Below are positions 10,154-19,970 of a DNA stretch of 20,000 bases, one piece after another. A program made the position numbers and the translations under genes. Numbering within the stretch: position 1 is the stretch's first letter; each line of letters opens with the position of its first letter. This DNA comes from Psammoneis japonica (Eukaryota). The DNA lies in contig QPGO01000116.1 in assembly GCA_008632985.1 (NCBI GenBank), forward strand, positions 236,727 to 256,726, in the 5' to 3' direction. Under the pieces are notes generated by a model, which saw nothing but the letters and a program-made list of their open reading frames with translations, was not told the DNA's origin and did no database searches.

Positions 10154-11901
10154 ATGTTGGTGCCACCACTCTTGGCAAGTTTTTGTTTATTTCTATCATG
10201 GATACCGATCGCTGCCACTAATCATAGTTTTTTCCTACCCGAGGGGTTTAGCCTTCCAGAAGGCGTTTCTTTGGATATGATGGAAGAGGCTGGTCGGACA
10301 GCTTTCAAGAAACTCTTGAGCAAGCTCTTCGCCGACAAATTCAGATCGTCATCAGCACGTGCATTGAACACTTATGAGTGTAATAGCGTAATCGATGTTG
10401 TTTCAGCAAGTGATTTTAGGGAAGAAGTTCGAAAGTTTTTTCTAGAAAACGCGGGTGACAACGATCTTGTAATGATTATCGCAACGGAACTAATCCTCCT
10501 TAGGCTCCAGACCGACTTTCAGGTTTGGAAGGTTTGCGCTAAATGCGAAGACATTGAGGAGCCACCAGAATTTGGTTGTAGTGCTGATGATTACGGTATG
10601 CACCAATCGGTTTCTATGTATTTGTGCGGTGCTTTTTCCAACAATTCTCCTGATGTTTCGACATTCTTCGCGTAGGATACGATGCTATGCATTCGGGTCT
10701 CCTTCTCGCGCCCTACGATATCGACCAAGGGCGTATCATTCACGGAACTCGATCTGTAACTCTAGTTTTGCCGGCCGGTGGTGCTGCTTCAAGTGAGTCT
10801 TGGTCTTTTCCCATTGAGAACGTAGTAGTTATCCCTTCCGTCATTTTCGCTACATTATCCAACAGCTACGCTCTTCTCCCCGATTCCATTGGCTTTGGTG
10901 AAAGCTGGGATTACAACAGGACTTTTGCAATCCGTCGACCAATTGCTACTGCCACTGCTCCTTTAATTGCCAAGGCGGAAAGCATCGTTCGGGAACAGAC
11001 GGACTGTACTTCTGCAATGGCCGATGCCTTCTCGATCTTGGGGTACAGTGAAGGAGCCCACAGCTCCGTGGTGGTTGCTGACATGTTGGACAAGATGGGA
11101 AAGACGGTCATTTCTCTTCACGCAGGTACTGCATTTTAAATATTACTTTGCTGCCCCCTTTTGGTCATCAACTCACTGGACGTTGTTTGTTCTTGGACCT
11201 CAGGTGGAGGCCCATATAGATTGTCATCGGCGCAAATTATCTTTGGCTTTCAAGAGCTCAAATCAGGAACCTATTCAGAAGGTCTACCCTTGATGACTGC
11301 GCATTTGGCCTCAGCATACTCCTCGACTGTTCAAGGTATCGCGAACTATCAACAGGGTCAAGATTTTTTGGATCCGAATTACCGTGAAGCTGTTGTCTAT
11401 GCCGCGAATAACGGGGAATGGTTTAATGCTGGCAAGGCCCTGCCGGATTTCCCACTTGATGCGTTGAATCAGGACATGCTTGCCATCATTGACGAAGCAA
11501 TTCAGGTAGGGGAATCTAAGCCGTGTGAAAGATATGTGGACGACAAGACGGATAAAATCTGCGAGGCACTCATGGACAACGATGTTGTTGAGATCCTTGA
11601 AGCTGTTACAGGATACCCCGTGTATCTCTGCCACTCAGAAGAGGATGATTATGTAGCTTATGAGAATCTTCCTGATTTGAGCAATCCGAATTTGCAGCTT
11701 ACCACCGTATCGGGCACACATATCGAGGCCTACGGAGAGTGCTTTGCGGAGACGTTGCCTTACTGGCTTGACGACGCCAACGTACGAAACTTTGAAGTGA
11801 CGGACAAGACCGTTCCGGGAGGTTGTTCTGGCACGTCGCCGTTGCCGTCGCCGCCTTCAAGTTGCAGTGCCATTCTTAGATTCTTTGGACTGTGCGACTG
11901 A
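10154..11901 (+). CDS. Secreted alpha/beta-hydrolase (secretory lipase-like), 3 exons: 10154-10595, 10676-11125, 11204-11901
   Basis: Signal-peptide-like N-terminus MLVPPLLASFCLFLSWIPIAA. Phase-1 GT-AG introns 10596-10675 and 11126-11203 join three ORFs in frame (DDYG/YDAMHSG and LHAG/GGPY). Motifs: PDSIGFG, nucleophile elbow GYSEGA, HSEEDDYV (candidate Asp) and GTH (candidate His). Confidence 0.8.
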
Positions 11902-12201
11902 GGGCTGTCAAAATGTTTAGAGCTGGTAGTGATATTCTAAAGATGTCGCTACTTCAAATCTCTTGTTGCAAACCATCTTGGAAATTCTGTTGATTGCTTC
12001 AACATACGTATGTGTTCGTTTGGAGTGAACAAACTTTGATAGGAACATTGCGTCCCGTAGGGGAAATGAGTGAAAGTACTACTCTAATTCAGGCTTGCGC
12101 TACGACTAGAGTAGTGCACCTGTCGCCTGATGTGGTGAGAAAGACCAGTGGCGCAGTCAGAGGGTGCATAAGTATCCAGACAAATGACACTGAAACTTGT
12201 G

Positions 12202-13143
12202 TTACTTTTTCCCAAAATACGCCGTCAGCGGTTTGCTATTCGTGACGACCGGCTGTGTGGCCGCCGACTTGTTTTGTTTTTGCTGCTTGTGTTGTCGACT
12301 CTGTTCACGAATCAAATCGCGAACGTCTTCACGCAAAAACAAAAACTGTTCTCGCGATGAGCACACTTGAGCCACATCCTCAGGCAACAACTTGCGGCGG
12401 TTTTGCAGTTGGCAACCTTTACCGATTCCTGTCCCAATTTGATTAAAGCCATTTCCGTGCATTTCGTAATCAACAGAGTAGCTTCTTTGGACATACCCTT
12501 GACTTCTGGATCTAATTTGCATATTTTACGAATCCGAGCCACAGGCATGACTAGATCGGTTTGGGACGATTGCTGCTGAGGCAAAGCGACGTCACCGTAC
12601 TTGGCCTTGTATTCTTCCAGCTCCTTGGCAACCCTTTCACGTTCTTGTGCGGCTAATTCTTGGTATGGAACTTTGTCTTCTGCGCTCAATTCCGACCAAG
12701 CTTGACCCGTCAAGCGAGCAATGATACCAACGCCTTCTCCGGGGTGCTGTATTAATAAGAAGTCAACAATACAGAAAAAGGGTTTCAGAAATGAGAAAAA
12801 TCAGAAATTCCTAACCGTATGATACAAGGCACTATTCATAACCTACAGCAGCTTGAAACTCTGGTCGTTTTTCTTCTGCAAAGAGAAAATACGCCGTTCG
12901 AGCCTTCTTGATGGGACGCGGCGGAGGAGGTGGCTTTTCCGGAGTTTCATTTTTCTTTTCTGACAAGCCGTCCGACTTTTTCTCTGGCGACTCTTCTGTC
13001 GTCGCTTCTTCTTCTTCCGCTTCCTCTTTGGTCTCGGGCTTTTCCAAAGGTTCTTTGGAGGGTTCTCTTTCCTTTGAAATGTCCATAGCTTCGTTTGCTT
13101 TGTTGGATGGCGGTACGTTTTCTTCTTCGACAGCGACCGTCAT
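12202..13143 (-). CDS. HMG-box plus H2A-type histone-fold protein (NF-YC/Dpb3/POLE4/CHRAC-like); exons 13143-12847 and 12746-12202 with an apparent 1-nt deletion near 12411
   Basis: The HMG box PIKKARTAYFLFAEEKRPEFQAA/HPGEGVGIIARLTGQAWSELSAEDKVPY is split by GTAGGT...CAG intron 12846-12747. The histone fold MPVARIRKICKLDPEVKGMSKEATLLITKCTE continues in another frame as QLQNRRKLLPEDV...QFLFL. Adding one C (gcc caa) restores the frame. Confidence 0.85.
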
Positions 13144-13413
13144 TTTCAATTTTGCGCTGTCGGAGTTGGATTTTTTGTGCGCCCGACTTTTTGGCGCGAC
13201 AGACAGAGTACCTTAGTCGAATAAGTCGAAAGATTTTTCGCGCAGAATCGTTCGCGAGCGCGCGTTCCCAAATCTCGCAGCCCAACAGCCCAAAACGGAA
13301 AACACGTCCATGAGCATCGAATCATCAATCGCACATACAAAGCAACAGCAACAAAACAGCCAAGCTATTCCATTTTGTATTGCAAAGCAAAGTCCACCAC
13401 ACATCGCACAATC
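13144..13413. promoter_or_regulatory. Shared divergent promoter with two E2F-consensus sites
   Basis: 270-bp CpG-rich gap between head-to-head ATGs. TTTGGCGC at 13190-13197 and TTTCGCGC at 13236-13243 match TTTSSCGC. Confidence 0.5.
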
Positions 13414-14622
13414 ATGTCTAAGCGATCTCAAGATATTCAGCTTACCAAGGATGATGACGAAGTAGAGGTGGGAGACAACGCGGGACAGTTTACAAAGGCG
13501 GGAGCACAAGAGCTGAAGAAACGTCGGATTGTATCTGTGAAGAAACAGTAAGTTGTTGTGTTGATCGTGTCATTGTACTTGATGCGGGTTTATATGCCGT
13601 GTCTCACCATGGTATTGTTTGCTCTTGTTCTAATTCAGTGAGGCGAAGCACGCGGCTCTGTCGTCTTCTCCCGCTCGAGCCAATCCGTTTGCGAAAATAT
13701 CCTTGCTACAGCATCTGCTTCGGGTTCGGCGGCTAAGCCTGCAGCAGCACCTGCGGCTTTAACCGTTGAGCAACAGAAAAAGCAGCTCATGCGTCAAATG
13801 CTGGGTTACATTGAGACCAACACCCGAGATTATCCTCGCGCCGTGCTCAAGGACGCCGTTGTCGAGTACAGTTTTCACTTGCGTGCGTTGAAGGTGCGGG
13901 ACGCATGCAATGAAAAGGAGAACAGCGGTGCTGTCAAACCTTCGACCAAGGAGAACAGCAACAGCACCGGTGCTGCGAGTCCCTTTGCTGGAGGATTCAC
14001 GGCTCCAGCAGGCGCGACCGCCGCTGCTCCTGCTCCTGCTCCTGCTCCCACTTTTGGTTTCCTTACTGCGCCATCGACAACTGCGCCCGCAAGCAGTTCT
14101 ACGTCAGGCTTTTCGCTTGCTGCTCCTCCCACAGCAGCCCCAGTTGCGGCCACTACAAGCCCTACTACGAATCCCTTTGCACCCGCTTCTCCTTCAGCCG
14201 CGGCACCCGCTGTTACTGCAGCCAACTCTCCTCAAGGGAACGCGAAGGCTGACGAGACAGGAGGCTCTGATCCCAATTGGACTGAGCGCTACGCAGTTCG
14301 TGCCATGCTCTACAGGCAGAGTGACGGTGAGGATACCCCCAAATTCTATGGCACGCATGCCCTGGTTATCAGTACTTCCAAAGAGAACGGTAAAAGCCGC
14401 ATGATTATGCGAAACGAAGTCAAGAAGATTATGCTCAACCTGAACATTGAGAAGGGCATGCCCTTTGAGAAAAAGGTAGAAAAGGGCGGGAATGGAAAAG
14501 CCAAAGCATCTTGTTTCTTTAAGGCCTCGGAGAACGGGACACAGAAGCGATTTTATTTCAGAGTCAAGCCAGAAAATGTGGATGCCTTGTACAACATCTT
14601 GACAGAGTTGGCGTCAGAGTAA
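13414..14622 (+). CDS. Nup50/Nup2-like nucleoporin (N-terminal importin-alpha-binding motif, Phe-containing low-complexity region, C-terminal RanBP1-like domain); exons 13414-13547 and 13639-14622 with an apparent 1-nt deletion near 13703
   Basis: Exon 1 translates as MSKRSQDIQLTKDDDE...GQFTKAGAQELKKRRIVSVKK (Nup50 N-terminal pattern). GTAAGT...CAG intron 13548-13638. Motifs NPFA, TFGF, GFSL. C-terminal RAMLYR...GKSRMIMRNEVKKIMLN resembles a Ran-binding domain. Confidence 0.8.
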
Positions 14623-14800
14623 GTCGCATCCGGCCTCAGGAACTCACTCGGGATGCATCATGAAAAATTTTCGTGGAAAGAAGGGGTATGTGGACGCCTT
14701 GTTCAACATCTTGACAAGTTTTGGCGTCAGAGTAAGTCGCACCCGGCATGAGAAGCTCACTCGGGAGGCATCATGAAAATGTTCGTGGAATGAAGGGGGT
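14576..14800 (+). repeat. Tandem duplication (about 112 bp) of the last codons, stop codon and 3' flank of the Nup50-like gene
   Basis: 14576-14687 and 14688-14800 both read ATGTGGAYGCCTTGTWCAACATCTTGACA...TTGGCGTCAGAGTAAGTCGCAYCCGGC...CTCACTCGGGA.GCATCATGAAAA. Confidence 0.9.
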
Positions 14801-15879
14801 AATAGTTTAGTCGTAAAGTAAATTCAACTTTGCAGAAACATTAGTGTATTGCAGACATGTCGGGAGAAACAAGGCTGTTAATCCCTTGACAGTTTTGTTT
14901 TGGCAGGACTTGTTTCGAATCACGTTGCGGGTGCGCTTTGAACAGTGCTGCATTTCCAGTCATTTCACATTCTTTCTCGGCATCGTTCTCATTTTTCTCA
15001 TTGCCTTCAATCCCATTCCTTTCAACTTGACCTCTTCCAGTTCCCAACACACTCCTTGCAATTCTCACAGCTTGGGTTGTTGACTGGGATGTCATCTGCA
15101 CCTTCCATGATCTGACAATTGACTTGTTGAGTGAAATGGCTTTGTGTGTGGGATGCTCTGTCACTTGTGCCTGGGCTGGGTGCTCCTCCAAATGTTGCAT
15201 AAAAAAGATCTGCTTTCACCTTGTGTTTGTTTTTGCATCCTACATGTTTCAAGTGTTCCTCCTCATGTGAAATGTCAAGGATGATGTGTTCAATGTTGAT
15301 CCTCAATGCATGCCTGTCTCTTTCCTGTTTGGTCAGCAGTGTGCAAAGGAGGGCAAATCAGCAACCCAGGCACAGCAGCACAAAGCCATTCCCTTGGAAG
15401 CTGTGTGCACTGGCTTGTTTTCTGCATTTTCAATCAACTCCCTTTTTGGCAGTTCTGGCCTTAGTCATCTGTGCACCAAGGGCTCTTTTCATCACAGCAC
15501 TTGTGCTTTGCACCAGTGCAAGGGGATGGGAGTTGCCTTGCCACCCTGCCTGAGATTTGCTGTTGCCTCCTTGTTGACCACATGTCATTTTTGATGGGCT
15601 TGCATGTTGCCTGCAGTTGCCCCTGCACTTCCTGTGGCTTCCACTCTCCTGCATGTCTTTTTTTGAACATGGCACAAGCTCAACTTTTCCACACAGTTGT
15701 TGTGCAACAAACATGAAAACCTCACAAGTGGTGCACTCTATCCAGCAATTCCTGCTGCAGTGCCATGGCCAAGCTGCAGCAGGCATTGTTCTGTGCATCA
15801 ATCTTGGAACAACAAAACAGCCCAATGGCCAGATTTAAAGTTTGAACAGGAAAGAGTCATGGCAACCAGCATTGAGCAC

Positions 15880-17050
15880 AATGAGGCACATTGTGGGAAT
15901 CAACAACTGAAGCACAAAGGATGCAGAGATGTGAAATCAAGGTCTTGCTGACTGCAGCTGTGTGTGCTGCACATGCACCATGTGTGAGGGAAACAAGAGT
16001 TGTCTTTCCAGTGCACCACATGCAGATGGAGAGCACTGCACTTGGGAAGATCCTGTGCACTTTGTGTTGCTGAGATGAGACTCTGTGTTGGTCATTTGGC
16101 AAATTTTCCCTGCTGTCTTTAGAGTCTCATTGCAAAGAAGGCTTTGCCACAGCAGCCCCCAGCACAAACTCCTGCAAAACACAAAAAAAACTGTTCATGA
16201 AGATGTTCTCCAACAATGGCGCCAAATGCCAGAAATCAGCTGGTCAAGATGAGAGGTCAAACATCTCCAGAAATGCTTGCATTGTGAGCTGGCTGCTCTC
16301 TCCACAGTGCAAAAGGCTTTGGGCTGGCAAGAAAAAGGCCACAAGAATGACAGCATTCATGAAAAAGTGCTCAGCGCCATTTTTGACATTCTTTGCATCA
16401 ACAAAGCCAGAACATTTTGGAAAACAGCAAGGTGCATTGTGTGGTCAACAATTGAAAAAGCAAGAGCAAAGGGTGCACTGATGTGAGAGCAAGATCTTGC
16501 TGAATGTGGTGGTGTGTCACACATGATGCCTGTGGTGTGAGTGGAAAGCAAGCACTTCCTTTCTGGTGTGCCTTGTGCAGATGCAGACAGTGCTGCAATT
16601 GGAAGGATCCTGTGCATTTTGAATTGACAAAGGGAGACCCCATGTTGGTCATTTGGCAATCTGCTTGATGTGTTGCCCAAGAATCTCACATTGCAGCAAA
16701 AAGTTGGGATGTCACAGTTTTTGCACTGACTCCTTTGCAGAAAAACATCAGAAGACTTGCTGCCATGAAAATCTCCTCCAACAGTGGTGCCAAATGCAAG
16801 GGTGCTGTTGTGTCTTGCACAAAATCAGCTGATGAAGAGGAGAGATCAGCTCCACTCAGAGCACTTGCCAACATTGCTCTCCAAAGAACACATGAAAGGT
16901 GCTTTGAGATGGGGTGGGGTTCACACAGCAATGGCAGCTGCACCAACAGCAGAGTGGTGCTCAAAAAGCACACTGCTGACATTTGTTTTGTCAACAAAGC
17001 CAGAACATTTTGGAGAACAGTTTTCCCACACACCATGGTGGTTGCCAACT
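15880..17050. repeat. Two diverged tandem units with a period of about 550-590 bp, family unknown
   Basis: Colinear shared blocks: GATCCTGTGCA and TGTTGGTCATTTGGCAA (about 16050-16102 and 16607-16659), CTCCAACARTGGYGCCAAATGC (about 16208 and 16776), TCAACAAAGCCAGAACATTTTGGA (about 16398 and 16991). Confidence 0.8.
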
Positions 17051-17306
17051 CTGCAATGGAAACAAGCCAGAGGCAACATTCTGGGAACCCCGTGCACTCT
17101 CCAAATGAACAATGACTGTGTGTGTGATCTCTTCAACCCATGGTCCTTCATCTCATCCCCAGCTGAACATGTTTGCACAGCTCTGCTGAAACTGCCAGAA
17201 ACTGTTGGAACATTGGGGGTGCAAGGCAGTTTGCACAGGTGAAGGGTGCACTGATGGTTGTTGATGATGTGGCAAATTTGTGTTTGCAGCTCCTCTTGAG
17301 TTGTGG

Positions 17307-17755
17307 TGCAGCATGCATGCAGACAAAAGGTCATTTTTGTCACGCCCTTTGTGACATTTAAAGGCTGTAACACGTCACCGTGACACATCAACTCTTGTTG
17401 GCAGCTGTGTGTTGCACTCCTCCCCATGTGTCACGCGTCCATGCGGCTCTTTGCTGACGTGCACTGACACTGCACGGTTTTGGCGGAACAGTGTGGGTGC
17501 GCACGAAGGAACGTACAGAACTGCACAGAGTTTTACGCGTTCGACAGTGATCAACGTTGCTGCAGACAACTCCCACTCAGGGTTTCGAACCCCTGGCCTC
17601 CTGCCCAATGGTTGCGAGATGAACCACTCCGCTGTGAATTCACAACGCAGCATGCATGCAGACAAAAGGTTGTTTTTGTCAAGCCCTTTGTGACATTTAA
17701 AGGCTGCAACACGTCGCCGTGATGCATTGACTCTCATTGGCAGCTGTGTGTTGCA
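17307..17755 (-). mobile_element. Miniature non-autonomous LTR element (TRIM-like), 449 bp, with 110-bp LTRs at 17307-17416 and 17646-17755
   Basis: Direct repeats about 90% identical with TGCAGCA...TGTTGCA inverted termini. 4-bp TSD GTGG at 17303-17306 and 17756-17759. Polypurine tract GGGGAGGAG (minus strand, 17425-17417) abuts the 3' LTR. An empty site is present in the paralogous sequence at about 19789-19807. Confidence 0.85.
17570..17642 (-). ncRNA. Degenerate tRNA-like sequence (Pol III A and B boxes) inside the miniature LTR element
   Basis: Minus strand reads CAGCGGAGTGGTTCATCTCGC (A-box-like; D-stem GCGG/TCGC) ... CAGGGGTTCGAAACCCTG (B box in a T-arm hairpin). The anticodon arm is short and unpaired, so this is not a functional tRNA. 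Confidence 0.6.
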
Positions 17756-18587
17756 GTGGGTCTTGTGCTCACTTTTTGGCTTTTGCACCAGGTTGACACA
17801 ACAACAGCGTGCATCATGCCTCGCTGCTGGACAACACGGCGGAGACCGTGCATGAGCCTCTTGTGTGTGGCAACGTGGTGTTGTCGACACGCACCTGGGA
17901 AGCCACGACCACAGGAGGGCGTGGCTCCAGGTCTCAGGCAATTCCAGAAGGATGCCAAGAGAGCATCCGTGTGAAGCACACCAGCCCGTCGTCTGGCCCA
18001 CGATGGCAGCGTGATTCCACACGATGACATCACTCGTGCATGGCGCATGATGGCTTGATTCGCATGATCCACCAATGTGAACGCACGATTGATTTGATGC
18101 GATCCAAATGCGAACGAACAGAGATTTGGCAAGATTCCCCATTCGCACGATCCCATTTTCTCTGCTCTAAACTGGCTCACAATTTTCACAACGACAAAGT
18201 CGCAACACATCTTCTTTTCAGCACCCAGCACACACACAGGGCAAGTGGTGGCCAGCAACAAAAATGTGTTTGCACTCCATGCAGCAAGAGTTCAGGGATT
18301 GGCAAGACTGAGTGTGTGCCAGCCAGCAAGCCGTGAAATCCCAACACAGAAGAAGCCAAGAAAAAGGCTGGCTGGCAAGTCATCAAGAATCCAAAGGTGT
18401 GAGTTGTGTCAGTGGATGATTGTGGCAAACAAGCTGGCTGGACAAAGGCAAAGAGACAATCTCTGGAGGGCCTTGCTGCAAGGAAGCTGTCAAGGGTCTG
18501 TGCTGAAAGAGGGTGCAGTGATGTTGTGTTGGGCCAGAGACATGGCTGGGCAAGGATGCAGCAGCTGAGTGTGGAAGCAAAAATGAT

Positions 18588-19500
18588 TTGAAGGAGTGGG
18601 TGCATGATGCCATTGCTGAGTTGGATCAAGAACAGGCAGATTGTCACATGGAGACCACAAGAAAAATGAGAGAGCATGTTGGAAAAGAATGTTCAGGTGC
18701 CACCGGAGATGCAGGCACTGGTGTCTCTGAGGCAGCAGAGCAACAAAACGGAGGAGCCGGAACATCCATCGGGCGATGCCATGTCTCAGAAAAGGACAAG
18801 ACAATCGGAAGGAAGCAATGTGATCACCACATGAAACAGGATGCAATCTGCAAGATGCAGAAGGCAAAGGCATTTTATGTGGTTGTGGGACAGTGCACTG
18901 AGGCTGTCCACCACAAGGTTGAAGGAGTGACAGTGTCTGAGAGGGTCACAAAAATGTGGGACAGTGTGGTGGCACCATTGGAAATTCTCAAGTCAATTTT
19001 GTTTGAGGAAACAAGAGAATCTGCTTGCATGTCCAGGTGGCTGAGGCTTGGAAGCAGCTGGCACTCATTTGTCAGGATGAAGGAGCAAGAGGCACTTCAA
19101 GATTGTTGCTGGAATCAGCTCATGAGTGGTGTTGAGATGGCGGAGAAGGGTCTTGCAACAAACTCATTCCTGAACAATTGTCAAGAAAGAAGGTGGGTTT
19201 AACAGGGATGCCAACAATGTCTGAAACAAAGAAATGAGAAAAGAACAAGGTGTCTGTGGCACCACCAATGGAAGGCACAAGGAATGTTGTCATGTCTTGA
19301 AAGACCTGCACAGGCAGTTTGAGCTGGGGGGATGGATGATTTTCCCAATTTGGCTCAGGAGACACTGCAGGTGTTGGACACATGTGGGTCCAAAAAAAAA
19401 CCTGAGAGCACAAGCTTTGTGCGAAATGAGAAAAAGCAGACCAAACGCTGGAGCTGGAAATGCAACAAGGTTGGGCATGTGAAAAAGGGCTGCCCTTCCT
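18588..19500 (+). mobile_element. Degenerate gag region of a Copia-type (diatom CoDi-like) LTR retrotransposon
   Basis: QADCHMETTRKMREHVGKECSG, AFYVVVGQCTEAVHHKVE, LEILKSI and later LKDLHRQFELGG/DDFP resemble, from memory, diatom Copia gag motifs (EYVG..Y, GQC...KLE, G.D.YP). Stops and frameshifts are present. Confidence 0.6.
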
Positions 19501-19680
19501 CCTTTGCTCCATGATGATGATGAGATCATTCATCAGTGGAGTCAGACAGTGCAAGCTTTGGGAATTGGCAGAGCAGTCAAAGTGTGGGTTGGCATGGTTT
19601 CCAAATTTTGCCCTCCTGTGGTCATCGCGCATTGGTCAATCAACTGATGGCTCTTGTGCAAAGTGTGAAGGAGTGTGTCA

Positions 19681-19970
19681 GAACATTGGGGTGCTGTGGG
19701 CAGTTTTTTGCAGGACAGACAACAACATTGCAGTGAAGTGTGCACTGATGATTGTTGATGATGTGGCAAATTGCACTCGCAACTCCGGTTGATTGCAGGT
19801 CTTGTGCTTGCTGTTTGCTTTTGCGCTGCTGGTTTGACACGGCAGCAGCGTGCAGCACCAACACGGAAATGTGTTTGCCAAAAATCTGTGCAGGGTGAGT
19901 TCAGGATCGGTAGACTGAGCGCAACAACCAGTCAGCAAGCCATGAAATCCCAACAGAAACATGATGCCAA
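19681..19970 (+). repeat. Dispersed repeat copy homologous to 17208-18360 but lacking both of its insertions
   Basis: Colinear shared blocks: GAACATTGGGG, GTGCACTGATGRTTGTTGATGATGTGGCAAATT, GGTCTTGTGCT, CAGCGTGCA, AAATGTGTTTGC, GAGTTCAGG, CAGCAAGCCRTGAAATCCCAACA. Confidence 0.85.

Noticed and set aside
13875..14404. Overlapping ORFs (13875-14225 minus, 13910-14404 plus), and antisense ORFs over SAT
   Set aside because: Shadow frames of real coding sequence.
16380..16430. DILCINK resembling the HET-domain WIDALCINQ motif
   Set aside because: Too short, and no other HET motifs are nearby.
17570..17642. Functional tRNA gene
   Set aside because: The anticodon arm cannot be folded and the acceptor stem is only partly paired.
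17417..17646. Interpretation as a SINE flanked by a 109-bp target-site duplication
   Set aside because: The empty paralogous site lacks both repeat copies. The repeats have TG..CA ends, a PPT and their own 4-bp TSD, so they are LTRs.
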